Assembly: GCA_028688325.1 (NCBI GenBank)
Contig: JAQTYI010000002.1
Location: 76,379-140,378 of the forward strand
Direction of reading: 5' to 3'
Length of the DNA stretch: 64,000 nucleotides
Source of the DNA: Candidatus Portnoybacteria bacterium
GTDB taxonomy: Bacteria; Patescibacteriota; Minisyncoccia; Portnoybacterales; GWB1-42-6
In this document: positions 24,734 through 34,741 of the stretch, in pieces
Layout: each line of letters begins with the position of its first letter
Numbering within the stretch: position 1 is the first letter of the stretch
Notes under the pieces: generated by a model
Seen by the model: the letters and a program-made list of their open reading frames with translations, nothing else
Database searches by the model: none
What the model was told of the DNA's origin: nothing
Program-made: the position numbers and the translations under genes

Positions 24734-25266
24734 TACTGTTTTATTTCGTTTCCTAAAAATTTCCGTAGAGATATAACCGCTACGGGCACCAGTAAAATCT
24801 GCAACGCAATCCCCCGCCAGCCATCTTTGACGGCGCTGACGACAAACGGCATAGCCGCCAATTTGGTCGGCAGCAAAATCAGGCCAGCAAACAAAACTGC
24901 CCGTCCCAAAATCAACGCGCCAACAAGCGACAGCCAGATATTTTTCATCTTCTGCTGGAAAAACCCCGCCAAGAAACCATAGGCGGCAATTTCGATGACG
25001 ACAAACGGCAAAACCATAGCCGGCGGCATGCCGGTCAAAGAGTAGCTAATAAGCGGCGTTAAAACGCCGATCGCCAAACCCGCTTGCCAACCAGCAAGCA
25101 AAGCGCCGGCGAGCACGAAAAAATGCATAGGCAGAAACAGCCGGCCGGCTGCCACGCCGCCAAGATAGTGCGCCAGCATCGGCGTCAGCACCGATAAGAC
25201 GGTAAACGCAAAAACAAAAATCGCGGTTTTTACTTTTGTTAAATGCAGAACTTGGAGATTCGTCAT
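24733..25266 (-). CDS. Polytopic membrane protein, ECF-transporter S-component-like.
   Basis: 177 aa, 5-6 predicted TM helices, no soluble domain. Confidence 0.4.
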   Translation of the reverse strand: MTNLQVLHLTKVKTAIFVFAFTVLSVLTPMLAHYLGGVAAGRLFLPMHFFVLAGALLAGWQAGLAIGVLTPLISYSLTGMPPAMVLPFVVIEIAAYGFLAGFFQQKMKNIWLSLVGALILGRAVLFAGLILLPTKLAAMPFVVSAVKDGWRGIALQILLVPVAVISLRKFLGNEIKQ

Positions 25267-25309
25267 ATTTTTATTATTTAATATGTTAATTATTAATTAA
25301 TTGATTAAT

Positions 25310-26434
25310 TTATCTTTTTTCGTAATCCGGCCACCAATAAAGACCCTTATCTTCCTTTTTTAACTGACCCATAAATTCTTCTCGGCGCAGATACAATTTT
25401 TTCTGCACTCTGGGGTTGGCCTCAGAAAGAGCATAAGAAAAAAGAATGGGTGAAGCAATGGTGACATCAGCATAAACCACCACGGTGTTTTGCAGCTCGT
25501 TAGGATTGACTTTTCCCCAAGAAACAGCTTCCGAAGGGGTGGCGCCGGAAAGCCCGCCCCATTGCGGCGAATCCATGGTTATCTGAATAAAATAATCGTG
25601 TCCGCCCCGCTCAATGCCCAAGCACTCCCAAAGCATGGGCTGGGTTTGCATATAAAAATTTTTGGGGCTGCCGCCGCCCAAAATTATCGCCCCGTTCTGT
25701 TTGGCGCACATTACAATCGCGGCGGTTTCCAAAACATCAAGATTGGGATCGATGGTTAAATTGATGCCATCTGGCACATAAGAAGCCATATTCATGCCCA
25801 AAGTGGAATCGCCCGGCGAAGAGGTGTAAATGGGAATATTCAGTTTGGCCGCTTGCGCCAAAATGGAAATTTCCGGATTTTTAGCTTTGGCCAAAAGCTT
25901 GCGGCCGATATAATGGTGCAGTTCGCAAGAAGAAATGGCTCCTCTGGGCGCGTCTTTTTCAAAAGACGTGATCTGATCAAGAAATTTATCGGTTCTTATC
26001 AAAGTGTCGGCCCCCAGATAAGTATCGTAAATCCTCACAATCCCGTTTTTCCAAAGCGTCGCGTCATCTATATTAAAGACGCCTTTATGCAAATTCAAAC
26101 CCAGAGCAAAATGCATATCATGATAAAGATTGGCGCCGGTGGAGATAATGAAATCTATAAAACCCGCTTTCATCATGGAAACAATCATGCCCGACATGCC
26201 GGCCGGCGTGAGCGCTCCGGCCATGGTCAAACAAATAGTAGCCGAGTTTTGCGACTTTAACATTTTACGCGTCAATAATTGACAGGCCTCGCTCAAGCGG
26301 GCGGAATTATAGGATTGAAAATAACCGTCGACTAATTTTTTAATGCTTAGATTTTTTTTCAGCTCGCGTGCTTCTATTTTGCGTCCGCTCAAAAAATTCT
26401 GTCTTAGCGACTTTCGTTTTTTCTTTTTAGCCAT
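25310..26434 (-). CDS. Deoxyhypusine synthase-like protein (paralog 1).
   Basis: DHS-family pattern IISTGANLYHD, ILGGGSPKNFY and a C-terminal WGK; about 45% similar to paralog 2. Confidence 0.65.
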   Translation of the reverse strand: MAKKKKRKSLRQNFLSGRKIEARELKKNLSIKKLVDGYFQSYNSARLSEACQLLTRKMLKSQNSATICLTMAGALTPAGMSGMIVSMMKAGFIDFIISTGANLYHDMHFALGLNLHKGVFNIDDATLWKNGIVRIYDTYLGADTLIRTDKFLDQITSFEKDAPRGAISSCELHHYIGRKLLAKAKNPEISILAQAAKLNIPIYTSSPGDSTLGMNMASYVPDGINLTIDPNLDVLETAAIVMCAKQNGAIILGGGSPKNFYMQTQPMLWECLGIERGGHDYFIQITMDSPQWGGLSGATPSEAVSWGKVNPNELQNTVVVYADVTIASPILFSYALSEANPRVQKKLYLRREEFMGQLKKEDKGLYWWPDYEKR

Positions 26435-27269
26435 AAATATAGCATATCAGCTTATAGATTAATTTAGCCACTAAAAAATCCGGCGCGTGAAGGCCTTTTA
26501 TCGGCGCCAATTCCACGAAGTCCGCGCCGATAATGGTTTTTTTGGCGCAAACCGCCCGCAAAATATTTATCGCTTCATACCAGTCCAGCCCGCCGGGCTC
26601 GGGCGTGCCGGTTGACGGCATTATGCCACAGTCAAACACATCAACATCAAACGATATATAAACTTTATTCTTGAGGCCCTCTACTATTTCTTCAATTTGC
26701 CATTTCTTTTTATCTTTGGCCCAAAAAGTTTTTATGCGGCTTTGATTTTTCTCCCAAAAATTAAGCTCGTCGTTTTCGTTGCTGATGTTTCTGATTCCCA
26801 CCTGCACTAAATTTATCCCGAGATAATCGAGGGACCGGCGCATAGCCGCGGCGTGAGAATATTTTTTTCCCAAATATCCGTCGCGTAGATCGGCGTGCGC
26901 GTCAAATTGCAAGATGCTAAAATCATCAAAGCCGGATTTTTTGTATTGGCCAATAATGAATTGTGTTATGCTGTGTTCTCCGCCTAGAATTATCGGTAAT
27001 TTTTTATTTTTAAGCGAATCGCCGACAATCGCTTCCATCTTTTTAATATTCTTCGGTTCCTTAACCGTCTCGATGGCGACTTTTTTATATGTCTCTTGCC
27101 AAAGCTCTTCGTCAAAAAGTTCCACTTGCGAGCTGGCTTTAATTATGGCTCCAGGGCCCTTATCCGCCCCGCCGCCATAAGTCGTCGTCGCTTCAAAACC
27201 AAAAGGCACAATTATAACTTGCGCCTCCCGCCCGAGCCCTTCTTTGATATCTAAGAAATTTTTTGCCAC
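26427..27269 (-). CDS. speB: Agmatinase (arginase/ureohydrolase family).
   Basis: ILGGEHSIT, FDAHADL, SFDVDVFDCG ... TGTPEPGGL manganese-binding motifs. Confidence 0.8.
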   Translation of the reverse strand: MAKNFLDIKEGLGREAQVIIVPFGFEATTTYGGGADKGPGAIIKASSQVELFDEELWQETYKKVAIETVKEPKNIKKMEAIVGDSLKNKKLPIILGGEHSITQFIIGQYKKSGFDDFSILQFDAHADLRDGYLGKKYSHAAAMRRSLDYLGINLVQVGIRNISNENDELNFWEKNQSRIKTFWAKDKKKWQIEEIVEGLKNKVYISFDVDVFDCGIMPSTGTPEPGGLDWYEAINILRAVCAKKTIIGADFVELAPIKGLHAPDFLVAKLIYKLICYIYG

Positions 27270-27279
27270 AAAAAATAAA

Positions 27280-28449
27280 TTACAATTTGCTATTTTTCAA
27301 TAAGCCGTTTTTCTTTTTTCCTTTGTCAAAATACGCTTTCAGCGTATGTTTGCGCAACGCTTTGTCCAAAAGCGCCACCGCTTCTTCTCGCTGATCGAAC
27401 AAGCGCCTCGGCTCCTTCTCCAGTCCTTCCTGCATCAATGCGTGAACAATAAAAGGAAAAACAGCTGTGACATCGGATAAAACATATTGCGAATTTTTCA
27501 CGCATTCCTCCGATGTCTTGCCCCAAGTATGGGCTTCTGAGGCAGTACAAGAAGACAGACCGCCGTTTTGCACATGCGCGTCGCAAATCTGCACATCGGT
27601 GTCATAGCCGCCGACATCCAAGTCGCAAATTTGCGCCAGATACGGCTCCGGCTGCAACGAATAATTTTTTGGCACGCCCCCGCCTAAAATTATGATGGAA
27701 AGTTTTTTGCTGAATTTATTCTTGGCCAAATAATGATATGCGCCGAATTCATGAATATCGTCTTCCAGGTTAATTCCGAAATGGTATTTATGCCCCAGCT
27801 TTTTTTTCAAAAACGCTAAATTCAAAAAAATGGAGCCGTCCTGCGGGGCGCCGCAAAATATCGGCACGCTATTGCGATAGGCCTGCACCAGAATGCTGCG
27901 GTTCAAATCGGCGCGCTTGAATCGCCTGTTACCAAACCGCGCCAGATGCCTGCCCAACAGATAATGAAATTCCGTTGTAGTCATTTGTTTGGCAAAATCC
28001 GGCCGCCGCACCAAGTCCACCACCAAATTATCCGTTTCCCAAAGATCGTCTTCCGGAAACCCCGTATCATATATCCTGGTCCAGCCGGCCTTGCGCAGCT
28101 TTATGTCGCATTGATTCGGATTCACCTCATACCAATTATCGCTTTCCTGCCGCTGCAGATCATGATAAAGATTGGCGCCGGTGGTCGTGATGATATCTAC
28201 CAAGCCGGATTTTATCAGCGGGATGATGCAGGAAACGCCAAAATCCGCCGGTGTCATCGCGCCCGACAACGCCAAAACAATAGTATGATCTTTTTCGATC
28301 ATCCGCCTGATTATCTGGTAGGCATTTTTCACTTCGCGCCCCACATAGGCGCCAAACGCCTTCTCAAGGAGTTGCGCGGTGGTTTCATTGCCCGTGATGG
28401 GTTCGGACAACACTCTTTTGCCCACCAGCCGCTTGGTTAAATGTTTCAT
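27280..28449 (-). CDS. Deoxyhypusine synthase-like protein (paralog 2).
   Basis: ITTTGANLYHD, ILGGGVPKNY, WGKT; DHS family. Confidence 0.65.
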   Translation of the reverse strand: MKHLTKRLVGKRVLSEPITGNETTAQLLEKAFGAYVGREVKNAYQIIRRMIEKDHTIVLALSGAMTPADFGVSCIIPLIKSGLVDIITTTGANLYHDLQRQESDNWYEVNPNQCDIKLRKAGWTRIYDTGFPEDDLWETDNLVVDLVRRPDFAKQMTTTEFHYLLGRHLARFGNRRFKRADLNRSILVQAYRNSVPIFCGAPQDGSIFLNLAFLKKKLGHKYHFGINLEDDIHEFGAYHYLAKNKFSKKLSIIILGGGVPKNYSLQPEPYLAQICDLDVGGYDTDVQICDAHVQNGGLSSCTASEAHTWGKTSEECVKNSQYVLSDVTAVFPFIVHALMQEGLEKEPRRLFDQREEAVALLDKALRKHTLKAYFDKGKKKNGLLKNSKL

Positions 28450-28484
28450 TCTACAAACAAGCCCCTCCGGCTATATTTAGTTTT

Positions 28485-29075
28485 TTAGCTGTGGCCGTTG
28501 CCATTTGTTTCTTTTTGCTCCAAATAGCTTGGCAAAATGAAAACTGCCGCGGCCAGCACAGTAGTCCATGACCCGTCTTTATTGCCAATGGCCGATTGAG
28601 TAATATTGGTCGTTTTAACGATTTTGCCGCTCATCTTATACAAGTCCTCCCGTTCGTCCCAGGCGGTATTGGGATCAAATTCTATGCCGAGCGTTGAAGC
28701 CAACATGGAAGCGGCCAAATCCTCGGCATATTCGCCCGCTTTTTGGTCGGTCTCGCCGAAAGAATGATGCTCTGAAAGATAACCGTATTGCTGTTCTCCC
28801 TCCGCCGGCACGGCGCAGCCGACCGAAGCAGCAATCAAGCGGTTGGCTTCATTGGTGGCGTTGCGGCTCATAACGCAATAGATTATTTGCCCGGGATGAA
28901 TTAATTTTAAGCCGTCTTCTTTGGAAATGCGCTTGCAGCCCGGCGGAAATATGCTGGAAACCGTCACTAAATTGAAAGGAGCGATGCCGGCGTCGCGCAA
29001 GGCCATTTCAAAAGAAGTCAGATATTCTTTATGAACTCCCACCCCTTTTGTAAAAAATACTCTGCTCGGAACCAT
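28485..29075 (-). CDS. pdaD: Pyruvoyl-dependent arginine decarboxylase.
   Basis: [13 protein letters not shown] ... [25 protein letters not shown]: PdaD signature including the SS cleavage site. Confidence 0.8.
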   Translation of the reverse strand: MVPSRVFFTKGVGVHKEYLTSFEMALRDAGIAPFNLVTVSSIFPPGCKRISKEDGLKLIHPGQIIYCVMSRNATNEANRLIAASVGCAVPAEGEQQYGYLSEHHSFGETDQKAGEYAEDLAASMLASTLGIEFDPNTAWDEREDLYKMSGKIVKTTNITQSAIGNKDGSWTTVLAAAVFILPSYLEQKETNGNGHS

Positions 29076-29094
29076 ATAAATTAGTGGTTAATGA

Positions 29095-29493
29095 TTAATG
29101 ATTAGGATCTCGTTTTTTAAAGCGCGCCAGCGAAGAAAGCCCGAATTTCTTTTTTATGCTTCGCGCGCCGCGGATGAAAATCGTTTCTTTTTTTGTTTTG
29201 AATTTTTTTATTTCCTGCTCCAATTCGTTCCGCACTTCGTCAATAGCGGTATACAGGTCTTCCCTTTCCGATTCAGCCCGGAACATTCTGCCGCCAGCGC
29301 TCAAATTAATTTCCGCCCGGAAAATATCGCCTCTTTTGTGGCGGCCAGTCGTGCGCCCGACCTCCACTTCGCATTTTATCGTCTCTTCGCTAAAATTGCC
29401 CAAAAACTTCCCCAGGCCATTGATTTTTCTTTGAAGATAATCTTCGATGCTTGGAGTTAAAATAAATTTTTTGCTTTTGAAAATAATTTTCAT
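29095..29493 (-). CDS. hpf: Ribosome hibernation promoting factor / RaiA family.
   Basis: MKIIFKSKKFILTPSIEDY ... TGRHKRGDIFRAEINL motif. Confidence 0.75.
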   Translation of the reverse strand: MKIIFKSKKFILTPSIEDYLQRKINGLGKFLGNFSEETIKCEVEVGRTTGRHKRGDIFRAEINLSAGGRMFRAESEREDLYTAIDEVRNELEQEIKKFKTKKETIFIRGARSIKKKFGLSSLARFKKRDPNH

Positions 29494-29569
29494 AAAAATA
29501 TTTTCTTACTTCTATGATACTACACTAAAAAATAAATGCAATAGAAAATACTAAAAAATAAATTTCTAA

Positions 29570-29670
29570 ATCCTGATGTCTAATTTCCAATGAAAATCTC
29601 AATGTCCAATGTCTAATTTTTGGTCATTAAGAAACCAGCTATTTCATTAGGCATTAGAAATTAGTAATTT
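29570..29670. repeat. AT-rich repeat block on the left flank of murB, containing TAATGAC/GTCATTA and AATGTC words.
   Basis: gtctaatttccaatga and taatttgacatttag, inverse of words in the right-flank block. Confidence 0.5.
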
Positions 29671-29675
29671 GACAT

Positions 29676-30611
29676 TTAGAGCCCGAGATATCTGACTTCT
29701 TCCTCCAGTTCTATTCCATATTTTTCTTTCACGGATTTTTTTATTATCACTATCAATTCCAAAACATCTTTGGCTTTGGCGCCGCCGGTGTTGATCATAT
29801 AGTTGGCGTGGCCTTCCCAAATTTTGGCGCCGCCCTTTTGCGTTCCCGCCAAACCGCATTGGTCTATCAGAAATCCAACGCCCAATTTTCCCTCGCGCAC
29901 GCGCGAAGCAAGTTCTGGATGATCTTTCAGCAACTCATCTTGCTCCCCTTTTGTCCGATAATTTTTAAAAATGCAGCCGGCCGAAGGGAACGGCGGAGAA
30001 TGCTTGACGACTTTTTTGGCTTCGTTCAAAATCTCGTCTATTTCAGTTTGCTCTTTTTTTATAAAATTCAGATTAATTTCCAAAATTATTTCGCCTGTTT
30101 TTTTGAAGCGGCTGTGCCGGTAATCAAAACCGCATTCTGCCTTGCTTAATTTTTTAATATTTAAATCCGCGTCTAAAATCGTAACTTCTTCAACTATCCG
30201 CGAGATATCCTGGCCCAAGCGCCCCGCGTTGCCGCATACCGCTCCGCCGACGGTGCCCGGAATGCCAAAGCCCCATTCGGCGCCGCTGAAGCCGTCTTTG
30301 GCGGTTTCCACGATAAGTTTATTAAATAGCGCGCCCGCACCGCAAACCGCGACAAGATTGTCGCCTTCTCTTTGATATTCGATCTCCGACATTTTGCATT
30401 TTATGACAAGCCCCCTAAAACCCTCATCGCTCGCCAGCAAATTGCTGCCTCCGCCCAAAATAAAAAACAGCAAGGAATTCTCTTTGGCCCATTTTATCGC
30501 TTCTATCAACTCTTGGGCGGTTTTTACCGCCGCAAAATATCTGGCCGGCCCGCCGATGCGGAAAGTGGTATGGGAAGCTAAGCTAATGTTTTCTTGCAAA
30601 TTATTAATCAT
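29676..30611 (-). CDS. murB: UDP-N-acetylenolpyruvoylglucosamine reductase.
   Basis: FRIGGPARYF ... ILGGGSNLL FAD-binding motif and a C-terminal MurB domain. Confidence 0.85.
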   Translation of the reverse strand: MINNLQENISLASHTTFRIGGPARYFAAVKTAQELIEAIKWAKENSLLFFILGGGSNLLASDEGFRGLVIKCKMSEIEYQREGDNLVAVCGAGALFNKLIVETAKDGFSGAEWGFGIPGTVGGAVCGNAGRLGQDISRIVEEVTILDADLNIKKLSKAECGFDYRHSRFKKTGEIILEINLNFIKKEQTEIDEILNEAKKVVKHSPPFPSAGCIFKNYRTKGEQDELLKDHPELASRVREGKLGVGFLIDQCGLAGTQKGGAKIWEGHANYMINTGGAKAKDVLELIVIIKKSVKEKYGIELEEEVRYLGL

Positions 30612-30639
30612 TTATGTTTATGTGTTTTTTATAATGACA

Positions 30640-30750
30640 AAATCCTAATGACGAATGGCAAATCAATGACTAATGACTAAATGTCAAACTATAAATTTTT
30701 GACATTTGGGCTTGGGATTTTATTTGTCATTGGAAATTGGTCATTTGTTA
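30640..30750. repeat. AT-rich repeat block on the right flank of murB, partly the inverse complement of the left block.
   Basis: taatgac x4; ctaaatgtcaaa and tcattggaaattggtcat are reverse complements of left-flank words. Confidence 0.5.
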
Positions 30751-30752
30751 TT

Positions 30753-32540
30753 CTATCTTAACACCTCCGCTCCCGTCTTATACAAATCTCTTTCTCTCGC
30801 ATTTACTATATATACCATATTCCAACTCCGGCCGGAATCGGCAAATTGTTGCGCGCTCATATTCAACCAATGCTTGGTGCCGTCGCCGTTGATCTCATAA
30901 ACCCGCGCATCGCCGTCCGCCCGCACCAGCCAGGCATCTTGATAAAAATTAAGCTGCTCCGGCGCCACCTCGATGACATTTTGCCACCCCAAATGCGGAT
31001 AGGCCGACAGAATTTGCGGCGTCTGCAGCCAGCGCCGATAATTTCCTTTTATGATGAACACTTTTTCTTCGCCCTTGGCGCGGATCAAAGAACCGTCGGG
31101 AAAATTCGGGTTCGCAGGCCGCAGTTCAGGCAAAGGCGCAACGCTCGGCTCCGGCGACAAAGGCGAAATTAAGAAAGGCGGCAGCTGGTTGTCCGCTGTT
31201 GTTTTAACGGTATAAGAAAATTGGCGGGCCGGATCGCTGGCCGAAAAATTGGAATTTTTTGTCTGGCTGGACAAAATCAAAATTACGCGCACGACCTGAT
31301 TGCCGAATCTTTCCACTATGGTTGCCGCCAATCGAGCCGAGTCGAAAGACAGCGGGCGGACGCTTTTTGCGCCATTATTTTCAATGATCACCAGCGCCGC
31401 CTGCCAGTTGGCCGCGCCTGCGCCTTGAATTTTAACCATTAAATTCAGGCCGCTTCCTTGCGGCAATATTTCATACCACCGGCCAGCCCAGTCCTTTATC
31501 GCGTCGGAAAAAGTAAATTCCATTCCTTCGCGCACGCTCAAAAGATTACTCATTTGGGGACTGACATGCAACCGCTCATAAGGCAAAAGGGGGCTTAAAT
31601 AACAATATTTCTGGCCCTCGCCTATTTGGCAATCGTCAATATAATCGGCGATTATCCAATTGGCGAAAACATCCCCGAAGCGCTCGGAAAATCCGCCGTC
31701 GGCCAAGGCCTGATCTATGCTGGCGATGCCCACCGCCTCGGTTTTCATCATGCGCGTCAAGATCTGCTCGCCGTAGCGGTTTACCAGATATTGCATGAAA
31801 AGATTGGCTGCGCCGTAATCGGAAAACTCATTTTGCCACTCGGTCAAAGAATCGGTCGGGTAGCGCAAAAAATCTTTCACCCGCCGTTCCAAGTTGCTGC
31901 CCGAATACGGGCTGTCGTAGCCGCAAAGGGATGAAGCGTATTCGGAGCGCGCCTCATTCAGCCAAACATCTTCCACGCTGTTGCGCAATTTTTCTTTTTG
32001 GTAAAAGTTTATCATATGCTGAAATTCGTGCGCCAAAAAATCCTTGGCCGAAGACGAAGCGGCATACGAAGAATTTAAATAGAGAATTTCTCGCTCGTTG
32101 GAATTGGCAATCTGCGCCCGCGGATATTCGTCGAACGAATTGAAATAGCCGCCGGCCCCCTTTCTTATTTTGGTAATCAAAACAACGACGCGCAGATCGT
32201 TATCAATGCCCGGCGACCATTCGGAACCGTAAACCTTGGTCAGCCGGGGATAGATCGTTTTATCAAATTCAACGGCTAAATTTAAAATTGCCGCGCCGGC
32301 ATCCTCTTTTTCCACCGGCCCCGATTCGGACCACCAATCGTTGGCCGCGTAAAACAGAGCGTGGTCGCCAACCTGCAAAAGAGTGGCACTAACTTGCGTG
32401 CGCCCGAGAAGATCATAAGCGGTATCCACGAAAAAGGTTTTGTTCTCGCCCATATCAAAAGCCAGCGCGTTTCCCGCGCATAAAAAACCGCCAAAAACCA
32501 TTCCTGCGACCAACCATGAAAATTTGTTTTTTTTCGCCAT
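30753..32540 (-). CDS. Secreted protein with an HExxH zinc-metallopeptidase-like motif.
   Basis: N-terminal signal peptide MAKKNKFSWLVAGMVFGGFLCAGNALA; LAHEFQHMINF. Confidence 0.45.
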   Translation of the reverse strand: MAKKNKFSWLVAGMVFGGFLCAGNALAFDMGENKTFFVDTAYDLLGRTQVSATLLQVGDHALFYAANDWWSESGPVEKEDAGAAILNLAVEFDKTIYPRLTKVYGSEWSPGIDNDLRVVVLITKIRKGAGGYFNSFDEYPRAQIANSNEREILYLNSSYAASSSAKDFLAHEFQHMINFYQKEKLRNSVEDVWLNEARSEYASSLCGYDSPYSGSNLERRVKDFLRYPTDSLTEWQNEFSDYGAANLFMQYLVNRYGEQILTRMMKTEAVGIASIDQALADGGFSERFGDVFANWIIADYIDDCQIGEGQKYCYLSPLLPYERLHVSPQMSNLLSVREGMEFTFSDAIKDWAGRWYEILPQGSGLNLMVKIQGAGAANWQAALVIIENNGAKSVRPLSFDSARLAATIVERFGNQVVRVILILSSQTKNSNFSASDPARQFSYTVKTTADNQLPPFLISPLSPEPSVAPLPELRPANPNFPDGSLIRAKGEEKVFIIKGNYRRWLQTPQILSAYPHLGWQNVIEVAPEQLNFYQDAWLVRADGDARVYEINGDGTKHWLNMSAQQFADSGRSWNMVYIVNARERDLYKTGAEVLR

Positions 32541-32647
32541 AAACCGCTTTCCGTTTTCCGCTCCATTTTTATAATACCCTCATTTTACTAAAATTTTTCC
32601 CTAAACTCAATGAGTCCCCCATCTTTAATAAAAATAGAAAGAAAAAC

Positions 32648-32676
32648 TTGCCAAAATCAACAAAAAATCATAAAAT
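32648..32676 (+). promoter_or_regulatory. Candidate promoter for the plus-strand glycan operon (TTGCCA-17-TAAAAT).
   Basis: ttgcca aaatcaacaaaaaatca taaaat. Confidence 0.45.
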
Positions 32677-32703
32677 CAAAACAGTGGAAATACCTTCTTA
32701 TTT

Positions 32704-34065
32704 ATGAGCGCCTTGACGAGAAAAATCAAAGAATTTTTTTGTTTGGCGGGCGATATCGCCATGCTTTATTTGGCGTTGTTTTTGACCCTGCTCATCCGTT
32801 ACGGCTACGATTGGCGGGAAAATTGGCGCTCCCATTTTTTGCCTTTTACCCTGATCTTTTTCTTTTCTTTAATAATTTTTTATATTCTCGGCCTTTACGA
32901 CCTGTCGCTGGCCCGCAATAATCTTTATTTCTTCACTGTTCTGACCAAGGCGCTTGTCATCAGCACCGTTCTGGCTATTTTATTTTTCTATTTTATTCCT
33001 TATTTCGGCATCGCGCCCAAAACCAATCTCCTCATAAGCTTCGGCATTTTTGCCGTTCTTTTTTTCTTTTGGCGGCAATTCTATAACCGCTTCATCAAAA
33101 GTCCCGGCCTGATGAATAATGTTCTGGTCCTGGGGCAGAACGAAGAAACAAAAGAACTGGTCCAATATATAAAAACCAATCCTCAGCTTGGCTATCGCAT
33201 AAAAAAAATCGTGAGCGCCGATGATGTTAAAATTCTTTACGATCTCATTGAAACCATCATCCAGGAAAAAATCCAGACCGTGGTCATCACCGCCAACCCC
33301 CACGAAGATAAAAACCTATCCAGGAATCTGTATCAATGCATTCCTTTGAAAATTACGGTGGCGGATATGCCGTTGTTCTATGAAAAAATCACCGGTAAAA
33401 TTCCGGTGTCCTCCATCGGCGAAATGTGGTTTTTACAGAATCTGATGAACAGCCATAAAATCTTCTTCGGGGGAGCGAAAAGGTGCGCCGATATTTTTTT
33501 CACGCTCATTATCGGGTTTTTCACTTTCGTGCTCACGCCTTTTATCGCTCTGCTGATAAAAATTGACAGCGTCGGCCCCGTTTTTATATGGCAAAAAAGG
33601 GTCGGGATAGACAACAAAATATTCAAGATAGCCAAATTCCGCTCCATGCTTGCGCTCGCGCCCGACGGCAGTGCCGAAAAAAATGGCGCCCAATGGTCTG
33701 ACGAAAAAGATAAACGGATAACCCGCGTGGGCAAGTGGCTGCGCAAAACGCGGCTGGACGAGCTGCCTCAGATTTGGAATGTTTTAAAAGGCGAGATGAG
33801 TTTTGTGGGGCCGCGGCCGGAACGACCGGAGTTCGCGTTTTCTAACGAATTGCTTTCTCGCGTCCCCTTCTACCAGGTGCGCCATTCCATAAAGCCGGGC
33901 CTCACCGGTTGGGCGCAGATAAAATATCCCTACGGCTCTTCGGTTGAAGACACGCTGCAAAAATTACAATACGACCTTTACTACATTAAAAACCGCTCGG
34001 CCGCGCTGGATCTGGCCATCACCTTGAAAACCATCAAAATAATCCTCTCCGGCGGCGGACGATAA
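32704..34065 (+). CDS. Polyprenyl-phosphate sugar-1-phosphate transferase (bacterial sugar transferase, WbaP/PglC family).
   Basis: N-terminal TM region, then C-terminal KFRSM ... DELPQ ... SFVGPRPERPEF ... GLTGWAQI motifs. Confidence 0.8.
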   Translation: MSALTRKIKEFFCLAGDIAMLYLALFLTLLIRYGYDWRENWRSHFLPFTLIFFFSLIIFYILGLYDLSLARNNLYFFTVLTKALVISTVLAILFFYFIPYFGIAPKTNLLISFGIFAVLFFFWRQFYNRFIKSPGLMNNVLVLGQNEETKELVQYIKTNPQLGYRIKKIVSADDVKILYDLIETIIQEKIQTVVITANPHEDKNLSRNLYQCIPLKITVADMPLFYEKITGKIPVSSIGEMWFLQNLMNSHKIFFGGAKRCADIFFTLIIGFFTFVLTPFIALLIKIDSVGPVFIWQKRVGIDNKIFKIAKFRSMLALAPDGSAEKNGAQWSDEKDKRITRVGKWLRKTRLDELPQIWNVLKGEMSFVGPRPERPEFAFSNELLSRVPFYQVRHSIKPGLTGWAQIKYPYGSSVEDTLQKLQYDLYYIKNRSAALDLAITLKTIKIILSGGGR

Positions 34066-34084
34066 TAAATGTGATTTATCGAAT

Positions 34085-34738
34085 ATGAACTTCTTTGAAT
34101 TAATAAAATCCCGGCGCAGCATCAGAAAATTTTCCCCTCAAAGCATCAGCCGAGATTTGATAGAAAAAATTATTGAGTCCGGCGCTTACGCCCCGTCCGC
34201 CTGCAATATCCAGGGCTGGCGGTTTGTCGTGGTTGATGAACCTCTGCTCAAAGAAAAAATCTTTGACCTGGGCGGATCCGCCATTATCAGATCGGCGCCT
34301 GTCGTAATCTTAGTTTTCTACGATAACCGCACCACCAATACAGAATACGCCGACTATATCCAAAGCGCCGCCGCCGCCATGCAAAATATGCTGCTGGCCG
34401 CCGCGGAACTGGGCTTGGGCGCCTGCTGGGTGGCCCACCTGCCGCGCAAAAAAGATTTGCGAAAACTTTTTAACTCTCCGAAATATTTTGAGCCGATCGC
34501 CGCGATGCTGCTGGGCTTTAAAGACGGCTCGCCGGACACCGCGATGCCGCGCAAATTTGCCCTGGCCAAGATCGTCGGTTATAATGCCTTTGCCGACATC
34601 GCCGAAAAAACCGGCGCGCCGGACAATCTTTTTTTAAAACGGCTGGCCAGAAAAATATATTATCGCCTGCCCGGCGGCCCGAAAAAACTCTTGAATAATT
34701 TTATCGATAAGAACTTCGTGAAAAAATTTAAAAATTAA
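34085..34738 (+). CDS. Nitroreductase-family flavoprotein.
   Basis: RRSIRKFSPQSISRDLIEKIIESGAYAPSACNIQGWRFVVV. Confidence 0.75.
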   Translation: MNFFELIKSRRSIRKFSPQSISRDLIEKIIESGAYAPSACNIQGWRFVVVDEPLLKEKIFDLGGSAIIRSAPVVILVFYDNRTTNTEYADYIQSAAAAMQNMLLAAAELGLGACWVAHLPRKKDLRKLFNSPKYFEPIAAMLLGFKDGSPDTAMPRKFALAKIVGYNAFADIAEKTGAPDNLFLKRLARKIYYRLPGGPKKLLNNFIDKNFVKKFKN

Positions 34739-34741
34739 TTT

